In this document: positions 12,716 to 25,587 of the stretch, piece by piece
Numbering within the stretch: position 1 is the stretch's first letter
How the letters are laid out: each line of letters begins with the position of its first letter
DNA from: Lobosporangium transversale
Taxonomy: Eukaryota
Length of the DNA: 64,000 nt
NCBI RefSeq assembly: GCF_002105155.1
Contig: NW_019029000.1
Location: 62,001-126,000 of the forward strand
Direction of reading: 5' to 3'
Translations under genes and position numbers: made by a program
The notes under the pieces: generated by a model
The model's database searches: none
What the model saw: the letters and a program-made list of their open reading frames with translations, nothing else
Told to the model about the DNA's origin: nothing

Positions 12716-14555
12716 TTTCGCCTTTATGCTTTGTTCTATGTATTTTCTATTGTCCTTTGTTCTTTATTTCTTTTTTTTTTCTTTACAAGTTTATGAATTA
12801 TAGTGAAATGATGTGATGAAAGAGAATGTTTTTCTTCATGGTGTATAAAGCCATCATTTATATATATTTTCATTCTTGACTTCGATCCTTTCTTTGTACA
12901 TGTACTATTTTTTATTTTTCTCGGCATAAACGGTTGAGCAAATCCAAATCCACATTGAACTCACGGACCTAAAAGAATCGCTTTTTTTTTTTACTCTCCT
13001 TTTTAATAATCCATCCATCCCGGAAAAAATAAAACATCCACATGAGCCCACGCGATCTATTCGGTTTTTTGAACACCGAGATAATTCTTAAGAAACATGT
13101 GGGGGACTCTTAAAGAACAAAGAAAGATAAAAGAAAAAAAAAAAAAGGCAAGGGTCGACAGATTATATTCTAAAATGTGGCCAAAAACCGTGGTAGTACT
13201 CATTACCTTGGATGAAGGCGAAGTCAAATAGTTTTGGCGCAGTTTTATTGTATCTTGTTTTATATATTTTATTTTATTTTATTTGATAAAAAGATAAGAG
13301 GATAACGAGGTCACATCATTTTGGCGAAGTTATTCCTTTGCAAAAAACAATAAAACAAAGAAGGGTAATAATAGTCATGATAGTATATATACAACAAAGG
13401 GTATTGCATGAAGAAAAAAAAACGTTGCCACATTTGATCAGGGGCCTGCATATGTTTTATTCATCATATTTGCTACTTTGAATAAAGAAAAGGAACATCA
13501 CAGGATGGAATGTGGTTGTTGCTTTTTTTTTTTTTCTTTTTTTTTCCTTTTTACTCCTTTAGAAACGGTGCGTTGGTTCTATTCTTGCAAGGCTGGATTT
13601 GGGACGAATCAACCATGTACTGTTCATGTCGTGCGAGGCTTGGATCGTGAAGCCACCATGCCTATCCGACAATTTAAACTGTTTGGGTCATGTTAATATT
13701 GTAATATTGCGATATTGCGGCACCGAATATGTCTATGCATTATGAACTAAATTTCCTTTCATTCTTTTCTATTGATTTTTTTTTTTTTTTTTTTTTTTTA
13801 AAAAATATTTACAGAGGCGTTTAAGATCGTAATGTCGTCGCCGACCTTCAAAATGGGAAGGCCACTTTTGTGAGATGAAAAAATATAGACCATCTGAAGA
13901 GCGTTCGTATGGTCCTTTAGCAAGAAACGTGTACTATGATCTAACAGGGACAGCCGTTAGAAAGTATTTTTAATGTGTTTCAACGTTGATCCTTTTTTTA
14001 TATATATTTGTATACATGTATACTTGTCTTTACCTTTGCTTTTCTCATCGTAAAAGATCAAAGAGCTCACAGCGGTCACCTCGCCATGCACGTTGAATCC
14101 AAACATGGGCTCATCTGGAGTCAACGTATTTAATCCTGTAACAATCTAATGCAAATAACAAGAAAGAGAGCGAGCTATTTTTCGTAATTGATCCCTTCTT
14201 TTTTTTTTTATTTTTTATTTTTATTTTTTCCTTTAAAATAAAATAAAAAAGTCATTAAAGCGATACTGTTTCCAAGTATACGAACCATGTTACTCCTTGT
14301 TTAATGCTAAAGAGGTATACTAGAGGTACTTGAGTAAAGAATTTATAGCCTGGAAGTTTAAAAAAAAAAAAAAAAAAAAACGCTGCTAAAGAGCAAAAAA
14401 AATAATATTCTAGCTCCTGTAACACCAGCAGCAATAGGAACAACAATAGCAGCAGTAATAATAAAGGAAAAGCCATTATGCTCATCTACAAGAAGGCTTT
14501 TTAATAGCTTGCCTTTTGCCTTACTTTGCAAGAACGACCAGTAACATGGATGTTC

Positions 14556-14590
<35 letters not shown>

Positions 14591-14732
14591 ATCACAGAAA
14601 TACAAATGTTTCAGGAGAAAGCCAAAAATAAAAATAAAAATAAAAAAAGCTGATATTTGGTAACTTTGGATTTATCGATTTTTTTTTTTTTTTATTTTTA
14701 TTTCGATCGTCATTTAAGAAATGATCAAAAGG

Positions 14733-14773
<41 letters not shown>

Positions 14774-15850
14774 AGAATAGTAGAGTAGTTGAATTCACGG
14801 ATTACAACCTCTAAGGCTGTGGGGAATTACGACGCGAGCTATTAGAGATGTATTCGAGGTCCAATTCAGGACCACAGATGATGCGTCCTTCAGTTTCGGA
14901 CGTCCCTTCGTACTAGCGTCAAGGGAAAAATAAATAAATAAATAAGAATTAACCAAATAAATTTAAAATATAGTGCGCGGGTTCAGAAAAAATTCAATAT
15001 TCTAAACTAATTATTACCTTGACATCAGTGAAAGTGAGCCAATGACCCTGTTGCACGATGTACATACCATCAGGGTCCTCCAAATAAAGGAGCACCTCCT
15101 TCTCGATAAGGCTTTGGGGGTCCATGAGAACAAAGTACAGATCCCAAGCTTCCCAAAGGGATAGTAAAAAAGCGTGAAAAAAAATATAAAAAAAACATTA
15201 AACTTCTAATTCTAATGGACCTATTCATTGCAATTGGTGCTGTAGCTTACTGTTAGGGTAATCCTTGGATGGAAACGCGCCAATGACGCGGACGACTACG
15301 CCTTGAACGTTGATATCGTGCATCGTGCAGATACCGCGCAACATGTTAAAGGGTGTGTAGACCTAAAAAAAAAAACATCAAATAATCGTTATTGTAAAAA
15401 TCTTACTATTTTTTTTTATTATATCTTCCCTACTTTATCCTCAGGCCGTTGAGGCCCGCTTTCCTTGACTTACAATGCCCTCAAGCTGTTCGTTTGTGGT
15501 TCTTGTGATCATTTTTTTCTTTTGTTTTAACACGCTCAATGAATGATTGATTGTTAAAGATAAAAAAAAAAAAGAAATTTGAGCCTTTGATCACCTCTTT
15601 TTATACTCGTTCGACTACTCATAATGCTGAGTTGTGGCAAAGGTTCCATGGCGGGGAAAGCTCATCTCAAAGCCGTTACAGGAGATAGAAAAAGCCATTG
15701 GAATATGATCCTTCGACCTATCTACAACAGTCAGTTCTCAGCGGAGTTTCAAGGCCAAAGCGTCTTTGGGAAACACGCTCTGAAAAAATTAACTATGCAA
15801 ATATGACACGCGACACGCGACGCGCGATAATTTTCCCACGCGGAGGACTC

Positions 15851-15892
<42 letters not shown>

Positions 15893-15948
15893 GGAAATAC
15901 ATGCAATCCTTCTACCATTCAATTCATTCCACATTTCATGAATTGCAG

Positions 15949-17911
15949 ATGATTTCTAGCTCATTTCTAGTTCTTCTTTTTGCCTTCTTTGTCGGCATCG
16001 CCACTCCAGCGAAAGCAGGATCTTTGTTATTTCAGCCCGATGTGAAGAAACAAACTGTAATGGATAATAACATTTTTTCAACCTCCGTCAGTAGCAGTCA
16101 CCACGGACGCGACCAGCTACAGATAGGCGTAGACTTTAATTGGCAGGTAAAAATAAAAAAATGGCTTTTCAAGACAAGGCATATTAAGCATATAAACAGA
16201 GAATCATGCTTAGCATATTAAAGAAGAAACGATTCAAACATCAATCAATAGCTCTTGGGACCATTTCCGACAGGGATGCGCGAACAAGACTTTGGCGCTG
16301 ATCCATTGGAAGCCTTTGGTAAAGATAAGAAGTATAAAAAAATAATAGGAAAAAAAAAAAGTTATTTGGACTCTAGGTTTCAATAAAAACAAAGCTACCA
16401 ACAAACTCATTTTGAAATAAATAAAAAAAAAAAAAAATCAAAATTGTTTTACTTCTTAGGTGGATTCCGAGAGCTCAAATATGATGAAGATGCAAAGTAT
16501 CCTTCAGAACTAGCCAGAGATGGTGTTGTACGCTGGCAAACTACCCAGATGGACCGTGAAGGATGGATCAATATCAGTTATCCAGAGATCGAGTAATGAA
16601 AGTGACCCAGGGCTTTTTTTTGTTTTATTTTGTCTTCATTTTATTTTTTTCATTCTGCTAAAAGTTAAACGCAATCCGTTTGCCTTTGCGTCTCTCTCCC
16701 TCTCTCTCTTTCTCTGAAGCTGGAAGTTCAATCAGCAATTCTTGGGCTGGGCTTTCAATCAATTTCAAGCTTGGGCAAGATCTACGTTTACTATACCTTC
16801 GCATATTGGTGATGGTGATGGACTTTGTCCCGTCATAATCCAATGTGAAAACGTCGGAGACTTTTATGTGGATGACCAACGTCTTTCAGGGGACTGGTAT
16901 GGATACGGTTTGACGAGGCATACTTTAAGGTTAAAACCTGGTATTCAACACATATTGTCTGTTCGGGTCGTCCATGAGGTGCGCATTTTCGGTGGCGTGA
17001 TTACACCTCCACCTTCCAAATTCAAGTGCGAATTGAAGATACCCTTCGCCACATGGTCTAAAGATTTAGAGCCGCAGTACCAGCATCACCGTCGCCATCA
17101 AGGCATGACGGTTCAAGTAATCAAAGAAGGGTATGGAGGGCTTGTGCTTATGGACTTGGTTGATGATGCGCTAGCAGGGAAGTACATCAGCGTCGCCTTA
17201 AGGAACGTGGACACCGAGAAGGTCCTTGTTCAGTCTGTTAAGGTCCTACAAGGATCCGACCGATTCAAGGCAGAATTAAAGGATGTATCGACTGGTATCC
17301 GCCTAACTCCATCCAGTCATCGCCCGATCGTCATTCGCCTTGAGGAAACGGGGGCGAAGGCAAGTAATGGTGCACTTGCCCCGACATTCACACTGGAATT
17401 TCAGCTGAAGTGGCTCACACCTGCACCTGTACGTAATGGGGATTCAAAAGTTGAAACGCTAGAAACCGACCCGATCACTTTAAAGCAGCGCAAGTGGGGT
17501 GAAGTATATCATTACACATTTTTAGATTTCGATAACACGGTTCAGTATGCTGCTGCGATCCCTCCAAGCGATCCTTCATCACAACCAAAGGGCTTTAACT
17601 CTGTGCCTGTTATCGTAGCTCTTCATGGCGCAGGTATTCTACTCTAACTTTATATACTTGTTACATATACTGATCATTTGAAAAGGATTGAATCTGACGC
17701 TAGAGTTTTCACTTTCTGCCTTCTAGGAGTTGAGGTGTCACAAAAGTCGTTTTGGTTAACAGAGTACAAAAGGCGCGAGCACAGTTGGGTAACACTTCTG
17801 AGCCGGTTTTCCTTGCTTCCAAAAATTGGGTTTTATTACAAGCTAAAGATTTATTGTGTTCTCTTTTTCTTTTCAGGTCGTTTTACCAACGGGGCGTTCT
17901 CCATGGTTAGG

Positions 17912-17942
<31 letters not shown>

Positions 17943-20633
17943 CCTTGCATTAACTTCGCTGGAATAGCATTGGAGTAGAAGCTTTTTTCCAGCCTCGGCA
18001 AACTTAGTCTAACTTTTCCTTTTTAATTAGGGGATACGATTGGCATGGAGCAAGTATCAAAAATGTCATGAGTGCTATTCAGAGCCTTTCAGACTCATTG
18101 CCTGGTGTACCAAAACATCTTCGAGGCCTTCCTGGAATAAAGCCAGATCCCGAGAGGCTCTTGATGGCTGGGCATAGTAACGGTGGTCAAGGAGCATGGT
18201 ACTTTGTAACCCATTTTCCAGACAAAGCAATCGCGGGTAAGTTTTTATTTTTATATTCATTTTTTCTTCAAAAAAAAAAAAAAAAAAAAAAAAAAGAAGG
18301 ATCTGTTACATTTATTGTAGATAGAATCTTTGCCATTTTCACTTCGGTTAAAGGGTATCGAGGCTTGATCGGCCGCTAATGCCTTCGCTCTTCTTCCCCT
18401 TTCTTTTTAATGACAGCTACACCTGCTGCTGGGTATGTAAATATCAAGCAGTATGTCCCATATCTCGGGTGGCAAAGCGATTCTTATACCGATTCACACT
18501 TGCGTGGGGTAAGGTTGAAAAGTGGGGTTGGTAAAAAAAAAAAAAAAAAAAAAATGGGGAGACATTATGCTGATAATTACTTTCGGATAGCTTTTAGAAG
18601 CATCAATCATAGAGTTTGATAACAACCTTCACATGTCCAACACAGTAAGTCTCTCCAACTATGAGCTCTTTCTTTATATTCTGGTATTATGAATGTATGG
18701 TAGCATTTTATAGTTATTATTGTTTACTAATGGTGCATTTTATATAATATATACTCAGGTCGGGGTTCCTATTCTAGCAAGGACAGGAAGCGAAGACGAC
18801 AATGTTCCGCCTTTCAACTCCAGGAAGATGGTGCGACTCGGGCAAGAGAACGCACATGACCTCTCTGCAATCAGGTACAGTTTTAACTACAATAGAAAAA
18901 AAAATGTCCAACGACACAGGAGGAAGTGTCCTAACATCTACGCTTGTTGTATACAACTGCTTAGACTATCAGAAGTCTCAGGAGAGGGACATTGGTTTAC
19001 GGGAGCACTTCATGACGAAACTATGCAGAAGTTCTTGAAGGGCCATTTATTCGACAACATTACTTCAGGAGCAGTTGAAGCATCTATAAGTCACCCTTTT
19101 GAGGATTTTGGAAGCTATCGAGATAATAGGACTGGCGCTAAAGCAGTGACCCTTCCTCCATTCCCCAAATCATTCGAAATCACTGTCATCAACCCTGCAG
19201 GGATGGGATCGAGAGGTGGCATTCAGGTTGAACAGCTTCATATCCCTTTTCGGTAAAATTATGATAAAAAAAAGAAGAAAAAAAATCTAGCGACCATAAT
19301 AGTCCCAACCCAAAAGGAATGATTTAGTAATACAGATACTGATTTCTCTTGAGTCCATCTGCTTCCTATTAATTTAGGAAAGGAACTATTCGAGTACAAG
19401 CTCGAGAAGAAGCTTCAGGTGTCCAGGATGGCGCTGTTGAGATTACATGGGAGCTACGGACGACAAATATTCGTCGCTTTCAATTTTTGGATTCATCTTT
19501 GCTTCAACAAAGACGTGGTGGTCGCCTCACAAAATTAATTGTGGATGGAGTGACATTTTATCTGGGTGATGACGACAACAGCTGCAATAACAGAGGAGCT
19601 ACGGTCTCCAACGTGGCCCAAGTCACATTTGTACGAGATCATTTATCCAAGACTCGTCAGCATTCATGGCAGGTAAAGAAAGTATAAAAAAAAAGGTGAA
19701 TAATAAACGCATGCCGTGGCATATGATGTTTATTTGCTCGCACCACCTCTCTTTTTTATACACTATCTTAGTTCATGACCTCTAGCGAATGGTCCCATAT
19801 TGAGCGCAATCGTGACACATATGGCCCAGCAATCCAAGTCTTAGAAAAACGTCTAGTCGTGATTGTCGGCACCAACTTCTCTGGCAATGGCATTCCTCCA
19901 GATCTCGTTGGTACAGCTGACAGGATTTCGAAACTAATTGCTCATGATATCTATCTCTACGGAAGAGGTGATGTGGAGGTTATGGATGATGAAGAATATA
20001 TGACAAAGCTTCATAGGAATAGAGTCAGTGGAGATACCAGTACTGAGAAAACGAACCTTGTTCTGATTGGTGATGCTCATCAAAACAGCGCCACAAAACA
20101 TGTCCTCGCACAGACATTTCAAGAAGGTAAAGAAGAAGAAACTCACATGCGCACAAACAAAATCATGGGCAAAAGGCATGCTTCCTAAACTTAACATTCA
20201 CCTCGCCCTCCATGCATCTATTGTAGTGACCATTGAGGCTCAAAGGGGTTGTGTGTCCATTGACCCTAGACCAGAGACTGCTGCTGTGCCAAGTGAATTT
20301 TGTGGGCCAGGGATTGGATTACTGATGATACGGCCATGGGGATCTTCGAACTTGGCAATGGTGATTGCGGGTGTTGACAGCCAGGGGTTGGAAACCGCTG
20401 CACGTCTCTTCCCAAAACGGACCGGTCTTTTAGTTCCTGACTGGAGTAAGCGAGAATGAGAAAATGAATATGCTTATCCGCTTTCAAAATAACCTCATTC
20501 TTACTGTTTTTTTTTTTTTTTTTTTTTACCTACTACTATTGTTATCGCCGTTTTTTCTGCTGAAAAAAAGTCGTGACAGGACCAGAGATGGGGTGGAAGG
20601 GAGCAGGAGGAATCCTCGCAGCTGGGTAAAACC

Positions 20634-20664
<31 letters not shown>

Positions 20665-20802
20665 TCATATTGGTAATACGATTGTACACTCGTCATTGAT
20701 TTGTTTGATTAGATTTTAAATATTCTCTTTGCTTTCTTCTTTTTTATTTTTGGTAGATTTTGGGGCAACCACTGGGAATATCTTCCAACGATGTCAGCAT
20801 GA
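15949..20802 (+). CDS. Secreted alpha/beta-hydrolase (prolyl oligopeptidase S9-like domain), multi-exon
   Basis: N-terminal signal peptide MISSSFLVLLFAFFVGIATPAKA. Motifs WQLLGPFPTGMREQDFGADPLEAFGGF, VALHGAGV, WGYDWHG, nucleophile elbow GHSNGG, acid DDNVP and His GEGHWF. Ends FWGNHWEYLPTMSA-stop. Many short GT-AG introns. Confidence 0.85.
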
Positions 20803-21545
20803 CCTGAATTAATTCTCGGATGCCATACTAATAAGAGTTCTCACCAGAAAGTTGTCGACAAATATTTTTGAAATGAATAAACTATTTTTCATTTTTCGAC
20901 AAATAATCGGCCACCAAATCACTCCCAATTGATCGTTTTGATTGAAGTTTATTGAACGTAAAGCGCTTTTTTTTTTTTTTTTTTTTTTTTTCTCTTGCGA
21001 AGATTCTATGGGGAATTCTTTCAATCTTCGACTTTTCGATCTCCAAGTCACATTATGAAAAAAAGAACATTCCAGTGTAATGAACTCCAAAGAAAAAAAG
21101 AACATTCTAATGTAATGAGCTCCAAAGAAAAAAAAAAAAATGAACAATGGATGTGAGAATCACATTTCTCTTTTTGTACGACGTGCATTTCCATGAAACA
21201 ATCTTAAAATGCGGGCTGAGCAGACTAGAAGCGTGTGAAGAAAAAAAGGTAATGGGCGACGTTGGGCTTTTGGAGTAGAGGCAAGGGATGAGCATGATAA
21301 CATGATCAAGAATAACAATCATGCTTGCCATTTGGATCGAGGTGAAAGAAGAAACTTTTAACAGAGTATAGAAACCTTTCCTGATTTTCCTATATAAATA
21401 ACGACTCGATTGCACTAGAAAAAAAATTTTGTCAATATTCCTTCCTTATCCTTTCTCATTCAGGTATCAAGTAAAAAAGAAAGCGTGTAGCTTATTCATA
21501 CTGCCATATCAGGGTTTCTAATAACATAAAATTTACGTTCTAGAC

Positions 21546-21904
21546 ATGAAGACATCTTTGAAGACGTTCCTATTCGCCAGTTTGGCTTGTTTACAGTATC
21601 TGTCCGGCACAGATGCTCAGGCAGCATCCCCTACAACTCCTGTTGCCACCGTCTCATTCCTACCAGGACCATCACAAACACCGATCCATACTCCAGGCCT
21701 GAATATCCCTGGGTTTTATACCGGAATACCGATTCTTCAGAATTCAGTTAAATACATCGTAGTTCGATTAGACAAGGGACCGATAAGTAAGTTCATCTTC
21801 CCTTCGTAGAGCTGAAAGAGAACTGGCGAGAAAGGAAAGAGAGTATCTGCTTTACCACTTTATTCAAACAACATTAAGGGAAGGATATTGACTCTTGTGC
21901 CTTT

Positions 21905-21944
<40 letters not shown>

Positions 21945-22383
21945 AGGTTCCGTCTACTTAACGGCCACCAAGAAGGGTGAATCTTCCAAAATCATAATCA
22001 AAGATTATAAAGACGAGATCGAAAATGGTACGGGCCTAGAATGGGAAGTCGATCCGAAGCTGTATCCAGCAGGTGATTACTTGCTCAACATGACCGTCAC
22101 TTCCAACAGAGTTAAGGCAATCCCCAATCCGCAGGCCTCATCCTCGAGTGCCCCTCCAGCATCTAGAACAACCAGTATGGCCTCAAGCCCATCTCCCTCC
22201 GGCACTCCAGACGTAGAGCTTGCTGTTTATAACTGGCAAGTAGAAATCGAGATTGTTGAGCATCCAGGCTTTGTTCCTAGCTCGGCCATGTTATCAAATG
22301 TGCCTGGTGGCAGTATATGGTATCTTTATAGTATGATGACAGTTGCAGGAACCATATCTCTAGGAGCAATCCTTGCGCTTTGA
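21546..22383 (+). CDS. Secreted, putatively GPI-anchored S/T/P-rich cell-surface protein, paralog A (about 225 aa)
   Basis: Exons 21546-21786 and 21947-22383 splice in frame. Signal peptide MKTSLKTFLFASLACLQYLSGTDAQ, beta-rich core (WEVDPKLYPAGDYLLNMTV...VYNWQVEIEIV), hydrophobic C-terminal tail. Confidence 0.85.
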
Positions 22384-23721
22384 TAAAAAAAAAAAAAAAA
22401 AAAAAAAAAGTATAAGCAGCAGCAGGAGCCCTGTCCATACTAGGCAGGTCATTGTTTTGTCACCCGGGGGCATTTCTATGCCCAAAGTATTTAGTATGTT
22501 TGCACTCTCCTTAATAAACACAGATAAAATTGTAAAATTGCGTGACACTTCCAGTAGCCTAGAAAGGAAATAAAGTCAAGCCCTCAACCGCCGCCATTTC
22601 TTCAAAGAGCTGACTCTCGGCATCGGAGCCTTGAAGATACAGTGGTTATAAGTGTCCTTATATGGATCATACTTGGCATCATAATGCTGTATAGATTGGA
22701 GTATCAACTAGGTCAGGGATCTCACCGCATGCTATCTCGAGATATGAAGGGTCTATCAACTTTCGCAAGGATTAGCAGTGTTACGAGACAATGCTCAAGA
22801 ACTTGACTTTCAAGATGGTCATACTGACATTTTTTTTTTTTTTTTTCAGAGAAGGAACATCGCTATCAGCAATAGCGCCAAGTGGATCATTAAAATCAAC
22901 TTATTTAAATAGTGTGTGCAGGTCCCGCGACGAAGAAATATCCAGAAGCGGCATGCCATTATACATAACCGTGTTACATTGTCATGTGCATGAAGAGTAA
23001 GGAGTCTTCTGGTAGTCGGACGAAATATTTTTATTTTAACTCAACCAAGATTTATTTTAGCACCTTGTAATGTAAGAGAATAAATAACGAACGAAGAATG
23101 CATTTGGTATCTTTTTCCGTAGTAAGATACATTTTGTTGCCAACTGTACATGTACACATGTCTTTTGGGTGAATAAAATGACATTGCTAATATGTGCCAA
23201 GGAGATGTGCACTGGTCAATGCCAATATGTTTTCCAGTCCAACTTGAGAGTTGAGTTGAGAGCATTGTTGTTTTTGTAAATGGATATGCACAGGCTCTTC
23301 TTGTGCGACGCGTTTTTCTATGAAGTGGGAGGCGGCGTTTTGGAGTGAACAATAATCATGTGCATGGGGAAGGAGCTCTTGTGCTACTTGTATTTTTGAA
23401 TGCTCAGTTCAAGTGTTGCAAATAAGTACAGATACAGTTCTTTTTTTTTTCTTCTTCAGGCACATAACCTCCTCTTCCTCCCCCAGTATCCCAGCATTGG
23501 ACACCTCCTTCTTTCCCTACAGAAAATAACGACTCAATTGCCCCTTTTTATCTTTTTTTTTTTTAAAGCTTGTCTTTCAGTGTGTTCATCGACAATCTCA
23601 TTCATCTCCATCCTTTTCTCATTCAGGTACCAAAAAAAAAATAAAATAAAATAAAATAAAGTGTGCGAATTGTCTGTTATCACATCAGGATTTCTGATAA
23701 TATGGCCTTTTCCTTCTAGAC

Positions 23722-24164
23722 ATGAAGACATCTTTGAAAACGCTCCTAGTCGTCGGTTTGACTTGTTTGCAATATCTGTCCGGCATAGATGCTCAAGCAG
23801 CAACCCCTACAACCCCTGTTCGAGGGACCGTCAGTGCAACCACCACTACAGTCCCAACGCCATCACAACCATCGTTTGTCAACACTCCAGGCCTGCAAAT
23901 CTCTTCAGTCTACAATGGAATGACGATTATTCAGGATACAGTCTTATCCATCATGATTAGTCTGTCAGACCAGCGACCAATAAGTAAGTCCATCTTTCCT
24001 CCACAGAAGTGGGGAATAAACTTCTTTTTTGTTATTATATGAGAGCTCTGCGCGTGCCACGCTGGGAGAGGAAAGACGGGAAAGAGAGTATTTACGTTTA
24101 TTTGTCATTTCAATCTAAAATATTGAGGGCGTTTGTTGTTGACTATTGTGTTTCTCTCTCTTTC

Positions 24165-24196
<32 letters not shown>

Positions 24197-24626
24197 CTCA
24201 ATCAACTTTTCGGTCGCCAAGAAGGATGGCTCTTCCAACACAACGATTTCCACTGTCTCATCAGGCGCAACTATTCGTTCGAGACAACTATGGAATGTCA
24301 CCTCGGAACAGTATCCACTAGGCGAATACTTGCTCAATATAATCATCACCCCTAACAATACAGTTGGCGCAGGCACCAACCCACCAGCATCGTCCTCGAG
24401 CGCTCCTCCAGAACCCAAGCCAACCGAAGCCCCCAGTACCCCAAGTGTAGGACCAGCTGTTTATTACTGGCAAATGACTGTTAAAGTCGTTCAACGCTCA
24501 AGCCCCCTTCCTAGTAGCTCCGCCATGTCACTAAATGTGCTTGGAGGTGGCAGCAGCATGGGATATCTCTATAGCATGATGGTGGCTGTAGGAGTCATTT
24601 CTCTTGGAGCAATGCTTGGGCTTTAA
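23722..24626 (+). CDS. Secreted, putatively GPI-anchored S/T/P-rich cell-surface protein, paralog B (about 230 aa)
   Basis: Exons 23722-23983 and 24196-24626. Signal peptide MKTSLKTLLVVGLTCLQYLSGIDAQ, core WNVTSEQYPLGEYLLNIII...VYYWQMTVKVV, hydrophobic tail. Same intron position and phase as paralog A. Confidence 0.85.
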
Positions 24627-25587
24627 TAGAATAACGGTATAAATGTTGGAACAGGCGGCTTGACGGTCCCGAAAGTCTATACGATTATAATAGACAAATA
24701 AAAGTAGCGCTATACGAAGACACGGTAATTATTCCTCTCTATTCTATCTGCCCATCATAGCTTTGGGGTTTACTTTTTGATATTATGACTTTATATTGTC
24801 CTCCCTCCCATTCCTTTGTTTATATTGAACTAAGTTGGCAGGAAGCAGTTCATAACAGTGTAAGGAAAAGACTTTTCTTGAAGCCACTGATAAAGCCGCT
24901 GCACAGGCAAGTATCATGACAGACCCACAGTCCATACTGATCCAACAAAGAATATTGCGTCGCACATACACAAGTTGGTCTGTATTGCTCTTGATGGCGG
25001 CTTCAGTGGGTTCGTTAGACAAATTGCTGAGCCATCAGATGTATTATCCAATGATCCAATGAGAACCTCTCAGATCAGGAATTGCATCAACTGTACAATA
25101 ACAAGCATTGAAAGGTTTTGAAAATATGCAGTCCACACTTTCAAAGTTCACACACGATGCTTCCATCCGTTTCTCAGACACGAAGACGTTTGACCTCCAG
25201 TTTAAGCTGTGTTGACTGATTATGCATATCAAGGAAGGCGTGTCCATTCATAGCATCGCTACTCAAACTCATCACATATTCTGGATGCAAGATACATTTG
25301 ACTACCCAGACAGCAATGAATACTAGGCTGCTTATGAGAAGCTCCTCAGTATCAAAGTCAAACTAAACCATGGTTGAAAGTTTATTGGAACTGCAAGAGG
25401 CATTCTATCTACAGCGATTTTGCAGCCAAGGATATTACTTCCTGTTGTGATTAGCAGTTATTTATATGGGTTTTTACTATAACTAAGATTTTTACCCTTT
25501 TTATTTAACGAAGATCCCTGGATCATAATAAAAACATCTTTCTTTCGTGCTCGTTACTTATTATGATCCTGGCATATTTCAATAACA

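Noticed and set aside
13478..15850. Moderately GC-rich blocks between the OB-fold gene and the hydrolase, considered as small exons or ncRNA
   Set aside because: I could not build a phase-consistent gene, a tRNA cloverleaf or any known RNA motif.
21058..21135. About 34-bp direct repeat considered as CRISPR-like
   Set aside because: Only two adjacent copies with no spacer, in a eukaryotic context. A simple tandem duplication.
22560..23000. Coding-like composition between the two surface-protein paralogs, possibly a gene relic
   Set aside because: Stops in all frames and no motif I could assign with confidence.
24790..25450. Possible pseudogene or transposon remnant next to the CRN relics
   Set aside because: No recognisable transposase, reverse transcriptase or other motif. 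A translated search is needed.
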